This document shows, one piece after another, positions 28,931 to 42,789 of a stretch of DNA of 64,000 nucleotides (position 1 is its first letter; every line of letters starts with the position of its first letter). The translations under genes were made by a program, and so were the position numbers. Under the pieces are notes generated by a model. That model saw only the letters and a list, made by a program, of their open reading frames with translations. It searched no databases and was not told where the DNA came from. This stretch comes from Octopus vulgaris (Eukaryota), in contig OX597831.1 of the NCBI GenBank assembly GCA_951406725.2, positions 42,904,001 to 42,968,000 on the forward strand, in the 5' to 3' direction.

Positions 28931-29268
28931 GAAGGCACATGGCTCAGTGGTTAGAGTGTCGAGCTTATGATCGTAAGGTTGTGAGCTCGAATCCAGGACT
29001 GGGCTGCGTGTTGTGTTCTTGAGCAAGACACTTTATTTCACGTTGCTCCAGTTCACTCAGCTGTAGAAATGAGTTGCGACGTCACAGGTGCCAAGCTGTA
29101 TCGGCCCTTGCCTTTCCCCTGGATAACACTGGTGGCGTGGAGAGGGGAGGCCGGCATGCATGGGCGACTGCTGGTCTTCCATAAACAACCTTGCCCAGAC
29201 TTGTGCTTGGGAGGGTAACTTTCTAGGTCCAATCCCATGGTCAGTGTCATGACCGAAGAGGGTCTCAG
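28931..29268 (+). mobile_element. tRNA-derived SINE, family C variant (near-intact)
   Basis: ggcacatggctcagtggttagag (A-box), gctcgaatcc (B-box), gtgttcttgagcaagacact; an inverted-orientation homologue lies at 62757-63073. Confidence 0.88.
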
Positions 29269-29676
29269 ATGTCTGTGCTACAAGATATTAAAAAAGGGAA
29301 AAAAATCTCCAATCTTGATGCAAGGTCAGCAATTTTGAGGGTAAGGGTGAGTTGATTACATTGACCACATTGCTCAGCTGGTACTTATTTTATCAACATT
29401 GAATAAATGACAAGCAAAATTAACATTGGTGACATTTGAACTCAGAATGTAAACAACCAAAAGAAACACAGCTGAGCATTTTGTCTGGGATGTTAATGAT
29501 TCCACTAGCTTGTTGCCTTAAAGCAGGCACGGATGTGTGGTAAGAAGCTTGTTTCCCGAGCACATGGTTCTGAGTTCAGCCCCACTATGTGGCACCCTGG
29601 GCAACTGTCTTCTACTATAGCTTCGGGCCAACCAAAGCCTTGTGAGTGGATTTTGTAGACAGAAAATGAAAGAAGC

Positions 29677-29720
<44 letters not shown>

Positions 29721-29726
<6 letters not shown>

Positions 29727-29910
29727 AAATTCACAAAAAAAAAAAAGATGAAGACAGTAGTGTGGACAAGAAACAGACGTATTAGTATAATGCTTGGGAA
29801 GTGAAAACGTCTTTAACATTTTGAGCCGATGCTCTTCCACGGAAAGGAACACAAAAAGAAACAAGGAGAGAAAATAAAGAATGTGTAGTGGCTAGTGATC
29901 TATCATGGCA
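29721..29910 (-). mobile_element. (TA)n-inserted repeat terminus with variant hammerhead-like motif
   Basis: Homologous to 39625-39802. Minus strand: cttt-CCGTGGA-A-GAGC-atcg-GCTC-AAAA-TGTT-aaag. Confidence 0.55.
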
Positions 29911-30033
29911 AATGCTGGACAGAGGAGTCACACAGGAGAGCTAGAAAGAAGGGGAGATAATAAAGAAGAGGTAATCCCAAAATGAAGGTGCGCATGCATA
30001 TGTATAAGAGAGCATGTATATGTGTATGTAGAG

Positions 30034-30324
30034 GTAAAAGGGCAACAAAAACCAAGGCATGATTGGTATCTCAAGTCATTTAGAATATTTAATTAGGGTA
30101 AAGTGAATTTGAAGCCTTACAGCTGTTTCTGGGATAACCCAAGTGATAAGCTAACACCAGGACTTAGTCTACTATTGTAAAAAAGATTTTGGCTAACTTC
30201 CCATGTCATCATAAATACCACTCAATCTCAAACAGATCTACTCTGAAATTATCCTACCCCTCTCTGCTCAATATAGAATCTATTGTTACCTCATCTAATA
30301 AGCATAAACTTAATTCCTATTACC

Positions 30325-30328
<4 letters not shown>
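30034..30328 (-). mobile_element. Putative Penelope-like terminus with degenerate long-stem-II hammerhead
   Basis: Minus strand: aTGATGA-ca-tggga..tagcc-(~50 nt)-ggtta-tccca-GAAA-CAGCTG-TA (30211 to 30118); abuts (TA)n. Confidence 0.5.
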
Positions 30329-30380
<52 letters not shown>

Positions 30381-32697
30381 AGGTCAATGCAACAGCAACT
30401 AATACCAACCATGATAGCATATACCAGACCTGTAACCCTAGCACTATAACAAGCATACAGGATACAAATATTCATGATTCCAAGGAAGGTCAGAGCACGG
30501 CTAAAATGAATGTTAATACTAATAGTACTATTACTACTTATGCTAATAACACTAATGCAACCATTAATACCACCACCACCACTACTACTACTACAACTAC
30601 TACTACTACTAATAATAATAATAATAACAATAATAGCAACAACAATAATAATAATAATAATAACAATAATAGCAACAACAACAACAATAATAATAATGAG
30701 CCTATCCCTTAATACCACCCATAAATAGTACAGCTCAAGAACACAACAGATTGCTCAGCACAGAAAATGAAACCACAATTTTATGGTCATGAATCCAACA
30801 CCCCAACCACTGAGCAATGTGCCTCCATAGGTGGTACACATTTCTACAGCTGAGTGGACTGGAGCAACATGAAATGAAGTGATATGCTCAAAAATACAAC
30901 ACATCACCCGATCCAGGAACTGAAACCACAATCTTACGATTGGGAACCCAGCACCCTGACCATTAAGCCATATGCCTCCACAAGAACATATTAATTAATA
31001 TAATCTTAGATAATCTATTCGGAAAGGAAATAAAAAAGACAAGATGGTTATGACTAAAATGGTTTGCTCAATTTTAGCCAACCTAGGGTTAAACAGCAAC
31101 GCTGCTACAGAGCTGTTTTCTTTCTTCAAACTTTCACAAGCAGGCTGACAGTATTGGTACCGGAAAGGACATTCATTTTTTTTTTTTTTTCTTCTACAGA
31201 AAATAATAGGAATCCTGCAATTAACTGAGATCTATATTCAAGGAAACTAATTACAAATTTGGTTATTAGGCCAAACAGAAAAGAATAACTGAAAGTATTA
31301 AAAAAATTCCAAAAAAAAAAAAAAGCTTCCTTTCATTAATAAAAAATAGTTGCTTCCTTTATTGAATATTCTACTTGTTTGATTTATTAAACGATCTACT
31401 AATTGAATTATAGGTAAATGGATGAATTATTTCACAAACATATGAATCTTTAGTGTAGGCATGATCCCTTAGTGTCATTATTAGGCAAAGAAGCCCACTT
31501 GCAACCAAACAGCTTTGAGTTCAGTCCCACTGCATAGCACTTTGGACAAGTGCCTTCTACTATAACCCTGGGCTGACCAATTTTTTGTGATTTAATTTGG
31601 TAGACGAAAACTGAGTGGAAACCCATCATTTATGTATGTATGTATGTATGTATGTATGTATGTATGTATGTATGTATGTATGTATGTATGTATGCATGCA
31701 TGCATGCATGTATGCATGCATGTATGCATGCATGTGTGTGTGTATGTATGTGTGTGTGTATGTATGTATGTATGCATGCATGTATGTATGTGTGTATGTA
31801 TGTATGTATGTATGTATGTGTGTGTGTAAGTATGATATATATATGTATGTAGACAGACAGACAGACATATATATCTTTGTATTTGTTTCTTCTTCACTGT
31901 TTGACAGTTGGTGTTGGTTTGTTTACATCTCCATAACTTAGCAGTTTGGCAACAGAGACTGATAGAAAAGCTCCCAGACTTAAAAAGTAAGCACTGAGCT
32001 TGATTTGGTCAGCTAATGACTCTTCAAGGCAGTATTCCAGCATGACCACAGTCCAATGACTGAGACAAGTGAAAGACAAATGATACCACAGTGTGTACGT
32101 GTGTAAAACCAAGTGTAGGACTTTGAAATTGCAGGTATAATCTCTCAGACAGGCTTCCACATAGTATCCATCTATCCGGCTACATAATGTCACTCACAAA
32201 GCCAGGACTGACCTGAAGTTATGGCTTGAACCCAAGACTCAATCATGCTTTTGACTGTTTTTGTCCCTTCGTTAATATTCAAGAAAGATAAAAACACACT
32301 TTATTACTGCATACAGTTTCTTTCCCTACATACAATACTCTTTCATTTTTAAACACACACACAGATGCATGTTAGGCAATGCAGTCCTGGAAACCCTAAA
32401 AGAAATATAGATCAGTCACTGCTGGAATGCTTTTGACCAAAGGACAGACTGCTGATAGACTTATGATCAAGGCTGACAAAATCAGATGCACACAATGAGG
32501 AAGCCTGTTCATGGTTGCTCAACATGCAAGAAATAGCAACTAAATCTACCTCAAAATCACATTTGACCAGCTTATAAAAAGGAAAGGATATATGAGATAA
32601 TGTAGAAACAATTGTAATTGCTTTTTCAGCAATGTGACATGACTACTACTACTACTACTACCACCGCTGCTGCTGCTGCTAGTAGTAGTAGTAGTAA

Positions 32698-34310
32698 TGG
32701 AGGACTCAAAAATATGACATCTACAAATGGCAAGTATACCTGTGGTCATTGGAGCTTTGGGAATAATACCAAGTGGCACTCTTAAACATATTGGTCATAT
32801 ACCAGAAAACCCCAGAATATCAAAACATTGAAAAACCATTCTCATGGGTACTGCCCACATTCTAAGAAAAATACTGTCAACCTGAGAATATCTTATTCTC
32901 TTAAAACTCTTTCAAAATCAAAAATGTTACGAATTTAATAAAATCTTAATTCTCAGAATCTGTTCTCTTTTTCCCCTACAATATATTATTACTAATCATA
33001 AACAGCACGTACAGTAAAATGTCCAACTTGCTGTTAGTTGGGGGTCCCTGGGTGAGACTTGGAAGAGCTCATATAAAACAGCAACAACAACAACTGAAGT
33101 AATAATAATACTGTAGGACATAACAATCCAATGTGATCATGAAACTGAACATTGAAAGCCAGATATAGTGGTTGTGAATAAAGAGGGAAAATACCTATTT
33201 AATCATAGGTAGTGGATGCTATGGCGATGACCGAGGATTGAAAAGAGAAGGAAAGAAGCAGATTAGATATAATTTGAACTGGGAGACTGTAGTCATTGGA
33301 GAAGGCAAGTGTTGTACCCTGTTGTTGCTGGAGCCTTGGTTACTATAAGTACAATGTTCACAAACTGGTTTGAAAAGATAGGGTAAATGTGAAGACAGAG
33401 AATACAGTATTGCTTGGAACTGCATGAATCCTTTGCAGATTTTTTGAAATCTGAATGAAGAGTGTTGCTTTAGCCCACTGGTTTTGGGACAGCTGACACT
33501 TTTGTAACACTCTTCAGTGAAGCTGCTGTCTTGAACAAGATGATGATGATAATGATAATAATAATAATAATAATAATAATAGGATTGATAAGAAAAGGTA
33601 CTGAAACCTATTTGAAAATGATACCAGGCTTACCATCCCTACAGGAAGTGCAAAAAATCGTGTTAACTGGATTTACTCATGTACTGAGAAGAGCATTATC
33701 ATGAATCCATTCATGAATATATTTATTTGTTAATTTGTTAAAATACATATTTTACCTATGAATTTGCGTGTGTAATCTGGGAATGCATACAATGAGCTTC
33801 TCTGTCCTAGGTGTATGGAAAACACTCGGCAAGAAACGGAAGAAAATTTGAGGAAAGAAGAAAAAAACATAATAATAGTAATAATAAATCAGTTTCATTT
33901 TTGGCACAGGTCCAGCAATTTTGAGATGGGGAAGTCAATTACATCAATCCCAGCACTCAACAGGTTTGATCAATCCCGAAAGGGTGAAAGGCAAAGTTAA
34001 CCTCAGCAGAATTTGAACTCAGAACGCAAAGCCAGAAGAAATGTCTTAAGCAGTTTGTCCAACCTGACTTGGAGTGTGACATCTTCAGTTGTTGGAACAG
34101 AGAAATTAACAAAATCATGGCACTGCTGATTATTACTGGGGCCTTGGGAACAGTGATAAAAAAAAAAAGTCTTGATAACATTCTCATAAAACTTGATCTT
34201 AACCTAGGAGTTGATGCTAAGCAGAAAACATGTTTACTAGGTTCAGCAAGATCACAGGCCGATTTGCTGGGTCAGGACTGGCCTCGGGCTAAACAACAAC
34301 AACAACACAC
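32698..34310 (+). mobile_element. Cluster of four 3' fragments of restriction-like-endonuclease non-LTR retrotransposons (R4/Dong-like)
   Basis: IPVVIGALG..KTILMGTAHILRKILS (32730-32885); IQCDHETEH*KPDIVVVNK (33120-33185); EVQKIVLTGFTHVLRRALS (33583-33703); IITGALGTV..QKTCLLGSAR (34120-34255). Separated by (TAA)n/(CAA)n. The 33450 3' UTR recurs at ~58960-59070 (-). Confidence 0.78.
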
Positions 34311-35820
34311 ATTTACCAAATGGTGAAGGAGAGACAAATAATGCTTACCATTGATGGATAGGAGTGATCTGTACTAGAGAACTCAAGGACTGTGATTGAG
34401 GCATACAACTTCATTGAGGACAGGAGACCGGAACTAGCTCTAATGGCAAGTGTACAGAGAAGATATGATCGAGCAATAGAGAGGGAGGAGAGATAGAGAT
34501 AGAGACAGAGGAGAGAGAGAGAAGGGTACAGGTGGATAGTAGAGAAGCAAGACGAGATAGAGAGTGAAAGAGAGATGCAGAGATAGACAGATAGTTAGAA
34601 GAAAAGCTCTCTGTATGTATGTACACACACACACACAGAGGAAATGAGGGACAGACAGCTAGATAAACAGAAGAAAAAGGAGAAAGATAAGAGAGAGGGG
34701 GGGAAATGGGTAGATGGGTTAACAGGGAGAGAGAGTACAGTTCAGTGTGGTGATTATTAAATCATAGATTTTTTTCCCTCCACATTTTCCTAACCCCCTC
34801 CCCTCATCTCTCTCTACTCCCCTATTCTTTTTTTGGATAGCAATTAAGGACACCTGCTTTCTGTTCAGAAAAGACAGTGGTGCAAGTAGTGGTGGCAATG
34901 ATGATGATGGGGACTAAGGCGGTAGTGGTGGTGGCAGTCTTTGTGATTGGATGTGGTGATGATAGTGGCAGTAGCTGTAGTGGTGGTGCTCCTGTTGTTG
35001 TTTAACCCAAGGTCAAATTGGACTGAACAGACTTATGAACACCCTGTCTTTATCCTACATGCAGAGAAATCACAACTTAAATTATCCAACACGTCCATTG
35101 TAGGATCTGACTAGAGGGAGATTTGGTTACTATTTCTAGTAGTTGAGAAATCACAGAGAGACTCCTTCATTGGGTTGCTTGCAATGTTTTTGGTTCTTAA
35201 CTGTATTGGTGATGGTGCTGGTGGTGGCAGTTGAGATGTTTATAATATGGTGATAGGAGCGTCTAAGGTTGGAAGAATTACAAGAATGAAGGCTTGTTTA
35301 CCAGAGACCAGTTGACTCATTACACAGACACTAAAGACAATGCGACATCATTCCAGTTACTCTCATGAAAGTTCCCCAACCCTATCATCACCATCACTAC
35401 CAAAACCTGTGACAACATCAAATGGTGCCACAGGGGTGGTGGTGAAGAAAAGTTAACCTTTCCCATCAACATTCTCAATTGGAAGTTTGCATGTTTGTCC
35501 GACATTACATCAACACTGACAGCACCGTTAAACTGCTGCTACCTTCCACTTTCCTTCATGACAACACCTCACCACCTCCGCTGCATGCCTCACCAGTCTT
35601 GTTCTGCATCCGGTCCTCACGCATTTTTTCCTATGTAACAAAATCATCTGACTTTGTTCCACTCAAGCACCTTCCTATTTCTGAGTCTATTTACATGTAC
35701 ATGCTGAGAATTCATGCACACACAGAGACACATATAACATTCTAAGTATACATACATACAGTCATGCATGTATGCTCTTTTATCTGTCTACATCTGCTTA
35801 GCTCCATCTCCCAACATATA

Positions 35821-37111
35821 TATTGGGTCATCCTATAAATAATGTAGTTTTTTTTATACTTCTTTTATTTTTCAAAATTAAGATAAGCAAAGTTCTTTTT
35901 TAATATAATACATACTCTCCTTCATTTTCTACAATGCTCTTCCATCTATCTGTTAGACTTGCAAGGCTCCACTTCCAAAATTCACTTGTCTGTGATGAGA
36001 AATACTCCTCCATTACTGTTCTGACCTCATCTACAGAATTCATATTTTTTCCATCCAAATGATTCTGAAGATGTAGAATGATAATCAGATGGGGCAATGT
36101 TCAGCGAATATGGTGGGTGGCGCATTATTTCCCTTTCAAATTGCTCCAGCCTCAGGAATGCCATCCTCACTGTATGTGTTCAAGCATTATCCTGATAGAA
36201 GAACACCTTTCATCTTGAAACCAAAGATGGTTGTTTTTCTTCTAGCGCTGACTTGAGCTGCTCAAGCTGCTTGCAGTAGATCTCCTTTGTTATCGTTTGG
36301 TTTGGGTTTAAAAGTTCAAAGTGGACTAAACCTTTCATATCCCACCACACAGATAACAGCACCTTACGTGTGTGAAGACCTTCATTAACCTGGGGTGCCA
36401 GTGTTTCTCCTTTCTCTACCCACTGTCTTCGGTCCTTGACATTTTTATAGAGAACCAGTTTCTCTTTATCAGTCACTATTTGGTCCAAAAAATGGTCCAT
36501 TTGTGAGGCATGACAGCAAAGAAGAGCACACATTCACTCTCTGCATACAATTAAACTCAGAAAGTTTGTGAGGAACCCATTGACTCAATTTGCTGACTTT
36601 TCCGATGGCATACAGGCATTGATGAATGGTTGAATGACCAAATCCAAGCTTCTCTGCTGGTTCCTCAACAGTTATGATGGGATTTTGTTCCACCACAGTT
36701 TGCAGGATATCTTCATCAAGCTCTACAGGTCTTCCAGGACAAGACTTGTCTTCTAGGCTGTAGTTTCTAGCTCGGAATTTCTGGAACCACTGTTGACACT
36801 GGCTTACGCTTATTGTCCAATCCCCATATACTGCATTAATATTCCTTGCATTTTCCATTGCATTGTTGCCTTCATTGAACTCATAAAGAAAAAAAAATGC
36901 TGAATATTTTCCTTCATCACTTCCATTATAGCTTTGGAAAAATAACTGTTAAAATCGAACTACACTCTTCAAAACTTGCACTAAGAATAAGTACAAGGTA
37001 AAATTACTAATTGCTTTTATAGCAAGTTGATACAGGTAGCTTATCCTGTTCCCCTGCGACTTTTAGTTCATGCAATTGAAAAAAATGCATTATTTATGGG
37101 ATGACCCAATA
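35821..37111 (-). mobile_element. Full-length mariner (DD34D) transposon, pseudogenised
   Basis: TIRs tattgggtcatcctataaataatg / cattatttatgggatgacccaata with TA ends; WFQKFR, WVPHKLS, IVTDKEK, KVLLSVWWD, HPPYSLNIAPSDYH. Confidence 0.95.
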
Positions 37112-38601
37112 CATACATACATACATAAATACATACATACATATATACATATATTTCATCTATCTATTACTTCACTCCACTTGAGTAATAAAGGTAGAAT
37201 GAGGTATTTTTACCTCTTGGCTGAAACAGCTGTAAGTTATTTTCCCAATTTATATTCATGTTTGTTATTTTATAATAATTACTGGTATCCTTATATATTA
37301 ATATATTTTATATCTTATATGTAAAGCATAATATGTTATATGTATGTATATTATTGTAATTATCAGTTTAGTAGATAAATGAATAAATAAGTTAACATAA
37401 TATAATGTCTAAAAGTTGATCTCCTCCATTTTCTTTTTATTATATATATATATCTGTCTACATAGTCCTCTGTCTGTCTGTCTATTTCTCTATACAAGTA
37501 TAGCTCTCTCTCTCTCACTCGTGTGTATGTGTAAACTATTCTTTGTGCCCTTTTCCTTGACCTTTGTAGAAGGCAAAAGGAATATTGTCAGGAATAATGA
37601 CCAGAATCTCTACAGCTAACAACATCACCCCGACCTTAGTAATACTGATACAAACCACTGCTGACTTAAACCAAATCTCTCTCTCTCAACAACATAGTTC
37701 CAAGTTCAGTCCCACTGCATGGCACCTTGGGCAAGTATCTTCTACTACAGTCTCCAGCCAACCAAAGCTCTGTGAGAAGATTTGTTAGACAGAAACTGAA
37801 AGAAGCTTATCATATGATCGCAAGATGGCAGCGCGGCTGAAGATCAATGGACAATGTCAAAGGGAGATAATCACTTACGGTTTTACCCTTAAAAATGAGG
37901 CTTTTCCCCCCTCCATATTTTAAAGAGGTCTCAGGTCAGCAGTGTTTGGGGTCTAAAGATAACCTTATGAGTGAGAAACCCATGGTAACCCCATAAACCA
38001 GTCTACCCCACTATAATATATATTTGAGAGAGTGAGAGAAATAGGGGGGTGTCTTTGTGTTTGTCCCTACTACTGATTGATGCCTGTGTAACTTAGAAAT
38101 TCAGCAAAAGGGTGAGATAGAATAAGCACCAAATTTAGAAAAAAATACACACTGGGATTGATTTGTTTGACTAAACCCCTCAAGTCAGTACCCCAAACCC
38201 AGCATGGCTACTGTCCAATGACTGAAACAAATCAAAAGAAATACTCTTTAATAAAAAACAGAAACCAGTAGGTCACACAAGCGCAGTCAAGTTATGGACA
38301 ACCTGCAGACCACAGGACCTTCTGAATGGCACCTTAATGAAAACTTACATCAAAGTTTTTTTTAATAGTATAGGTCACCTGATGATGGGCCAGGTCTCAT
38401 GAGGCCCACTTCTTGAAAACGTCGTCCACGCCAAAACTAGAAAATGTAGACCTGACTATACATTATGCCTTGAAAGAAAATAAATGGGATGGTCCAGGCT
38501 GGAATGCATTTGATTGTAGGCGAGTCTGTCTATCTGCCTGGCTGTCTGTTCATTCTGGGTTGGACTGTGGTACAACAGCATCAGCAGTTATCATGAATAC
38601 C

Positions 38602-38831
38602 TATTTCTTTATTACCCACAAGGGGCTAAACATAGAGGGGACAAACAAGGACAGACATAAGTGTTAAGTCGATTACATCGACCCCAGTGCATAACTGGTA
38701 CTTAATTTATCGACCCCGAAAGGATGAAAGGCAAAGTCGACATCGGCGGAATTTGAACTCACAACGTAACGACAGACGAAATACGGCTACGCATTTCACC
38801 CGGCGTGCTAATGTTTCTGCCAGCTTGCCGC
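38602..38831 (-). mobile_element. Family A SINE with 17-bp TSD
   Basis: TSD cagttatcat(g/c)aatacc at 38585-38601 and 38832-38848. Confidence 0.9.
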
Positions 38832-39624
38832 CAGTTATCATCAATACCGTGATCAGCAGTCCACCACCACCACCAGCAGTAGTACTACTGTCAACCTCAT
38901 TATCATCACTGCCACCACCACCACCACCACAACTAAAGTCATTAATAACGCTACCACCACTGTCCAACTGAAACACCATATCAGAACAGCTTCTATTCAC
39001 CACACACATACACATATATACTGAGGCACACATGCACCCTCAATCACATGAATACAGACAAGCAAACCCATAAACACACACACACACACACACACATTCA
39101 TAGGTAATTATTTCAATCTGATCCTGGAGGGTTGGGTATGTATTTAAGGGGAGAGCAATGTATGAAGGGGGTGGAGAAAGAGAGGTATATTTGGGTAGGT
39201 ATGTAATCAGGTATGTACTGGGGGCGGGGGCAGGTATATTTTTTGTAGGGGTGGAGAATAATGTATTTGGGTATGTTTTCTTTTTCTTTCTTTCAGGTAA
39301 GCGAGTTGGAAGGTGTGTATGTGCTTGGGTATGGGTATATATATGTATATTTCCAAAGTAAACTTAGCCTGATATTAAGGAGACAAGAGAAATGGATAAC
39401 AATTAGACCCAAAGGCTATCATTATGGAGCATGCTACATACTTTATTTAAGCTACCACTGACCAAGTAGAAGTGTGTGTGAGTGTGTCTGTATGTGTGTG
39501 TGTGTGTGCCAAATACAAAACTATTTGTATAAAAGTGTATAGAAAACATTTATGCATTCACACATGCATGGGCTTATATCATCACCATTACCATATGTAT
39601 GTGTGTATATATATATAAATATAG

Positions 39625-39802
39625 TGAGATTTACAAAAAACTCAAAAGATGAAGACAGGTGTGTAAACAACAAACAGATGTATTAGTTTAACGCTCGGGA
39701 AGTGAGAGAGTCTTTTACATTTCAAGCGTATGCTCTTCAACAGAAAGAAACACAGAAATAATCAAGGAGAGAAAATAAAAAAAAGGTTTAGTGGCTAGCG
39801 AT
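39625..39802 (-). mobile_element. (TA)n-inserted repeat terminus with variant hammerhead-like motif
   Basis: Minus strand 39748 to 39710: tcttt-CTGTTGA-A-GAGC-atac-GCTT-GAAA-TGTA-aaaga; stem I tcttt/aaaga. Confidence 0.6.
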
Positions 39803-41564
39803 GTGTATATATATCAATATATATACACACACACATATGTATACACATACACACACATATATATACATGTATGTATTATAGCTTATTAAGGTTTTCTGTT
39901 TCTTCATACTTTAGTTTACTTGTTACAGTCAACCTCAGTACTTATCTTTTTAAGTGTGGTACTTATTCTATCAATACCTTTTGCAAGAACTCCAAGTTAC
40001 AAGGATGTAAACAAACCAATGCTGTGTCTGAAGCAGAAACCACACAGTTGCAAAATTAGCTTCTTAACCACACAACCATGCCTACACCTATATATATATA
40101 TATATATATATATATTCATGCAGTGTGCATGTGTGGTTGAAGATGTGTATATATACATGCATACAATTGCATGTGCACAGACACGGTGAAGAGAGCACAA
40201 TGAAATAGAAAGAGAAAGATGTATGTGTCTATGTGTGCAATTACACACACCCAGATAGATGCAGGCATGACCAAGTAGTTAAGAAGTTCACCTTGCATTC
40301 GTGAGGTTCCAGTTTCAACTCCATTGTGTGGTATCTAATGTAATTGTCATTCATCATAACCTCAAGACAATCCAAGTACTGTGAGAAAAACTGCAAAGCT
40401 GCAACCTTTGTGAAACTTCATCAGATAGACTGTTGAATTGTCAATGGCTACTCATATCAAACACACTGTGTGACATTATATGACGCTATTATACACGTGT
40501 CTGCGGAATACTCAACTGCCTTAAAGCTAATCCAGTGAGTGCAGTGTTCAGTTGATCACACAACTGGAACATATCATTGAAACCAAAAGAGATCTCTTTT
40601 ACTTGTTTCAGTCATTTGACTGCAGCCATGCTGAAGAACCACCTAAAAAGATTTTAGTCGAAGAAATCGACCCCAGGACTTATTCTTTGTAAGCCTAGTA
40701 TCAGTCTCTTTTGCTGAACTGCTAAGTTGTGGGGACATAAACACACCAGCTTCAGTTGTTAAGCGATGACAAGGGGACAAACACAGACAGACACACAAAT
40801 ATATATGGGCACATAAATATACAACAGGCTTCTTCCAGTTTCTATCTACCAAATTCACTCACAAGTCTTTGGTCAGCCTGAGGTGATCACAGAAGACACT
40901 CGCCCAAGGTGTCACACAGTGGGACCAAACTTGGAACCATGAGGTTGTGAAGCAAGCTTCTTACTACACAGCTACATCTGTATGTATAAATATTTTTGTG
41001 TACATGTATTGTGCTGTAATCTTTTATCTTTTATTTGTTTCAGTCATTTGATTGTGGCCATGCTGGAGCACCGCCTTTAGTTGAGAAAATCGACCCCAGG
41101 ACTTATTCTTTGTAAGCCTAGTACTTATTTTATCGGTCTCACTTGCCGAACTGCTAAATGATGTGGACGTAAACACCCCAGCATCGGTTGTCAAGCATTT
41201 TTGGGGAGACAAACACAGACACACAAACATATATATACATACATACATACATGCATATATATATATATATGACGGGCTTCTTTCAGTTTTCGTCTACCAA
41301 ATCCACTCACATGGCTTTGGTTGGCCCAAGGCTATAATAGAAGACACTTGCCCAAGGTGTCATGCAGTGGGACTGAACTGGAACCACGTGGTTTGTAAGC
41401 AAGCTACTTACCACACAGCCACTCCTGCGCCTATGGATATATACAAACACATACTTACACAAATACTAGCCCCAGCTTATCAATCATATAACATTACAGA
41501 AATACTGCATGTACACATACACCGTCTGGCTGATCTAATCTGGAAGGCATAATAGCAGTACATA

Positions 41565-41601
<37 letters not shown>

Positions 41602-42416
41602 ACACACACACATATATATATAAAAATACAGATAGATAGAAAGGTGTGTGTAAGGATAAACTGGTCTGTTCTGCTTCAGTGGTCATTTCTGCATGTACTG
41701 TTTATGATTTAAAAGGTTCTACTGTATTGGTAAGTGTTCCACATGCATCTCTGTTGATTCATGTCTCTTATATTTGCAACAGAATGCCATGCCAACAACT
41801 GTAGAATCTCTTCAATGATAAGTGGTACTTGCACAATCATGGCCATTCAAGCAGAGCAGTATGTCTATATACACAAGCACACAATGTGTGTATATCTATC
41901 TATCTATCTATCTATATATCTATATATATATATATATAGTGTGTGTGTGTGCATAGAGACATGCATGCATGCATGCCAATTTTCAGGTGCAGTGAACACT
42001 AACAACACCAATTTAGGAAATAGCAATGGAGTATATTTTGGTGTATGTGTATTTATAATTAAAAATGTATATGTGTATGCTTGCATGTATGGTAATTAAT
42101 TGATAATAAAAGCAGAATGAAATACAGTCAGTCATGTGTCTAACTGGTAGAATGTAAGTTGCACCTTCAAAAAAAATGTCCAATAATGTTTATTTCAACA
42201 CATGATTATCCAACAAGAATCTGCCAAAAAAAAAAAATACAAACTTTCTGTATGTGTGAAGGTATAGCTCATGTGTGCGGGTATGACTGTGATTAAGAAG
42301 TTTGTTTTGAACCCTGCTGTTTCAGGTTCAATCTGTGTGTAGGTACATTCTACTATAGCCTGAGGCTAACCAATGCTTTGTAGGCATATTTGCTAGATGG
42401 AAACTGAAAGAGGTCT

Positions 42417-42469
<53 letters not shown>

Positions 42470-42789
42470 TATATATAAACATCATCATCATCTAAAAGCT
42501 TGTAAGTCAGAAAAAAAACAGAGATTTGTATATTTGTCAACAGAATGGGTATATTAATATTGGCTTCAGTTTTTGGCATAAGGCCAGTAATTTTGGGGAT
42601 TGGGGCAAATCAGTTACATTAACTCCAGTGCTCAACGGGTCTTAAATTATCAACCCCAAAAGTATAAAAGGCAAAGTCGACTTTGGTGGGCTTTGAATTC
42701 AGAGCATAAAAACGGATGAAATGCCGTTAAGTATTTTGCCTGGCATGCTAACAGTTTTGCTGGCTAGCTGCCTTAATGAGTGTATATTA

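Noticed and set aside
28931-29005. tRNA genes at SINE heads
   Set aside because: A and B boxes are present, but no complete acceptor stem and each continues into a SINE body.
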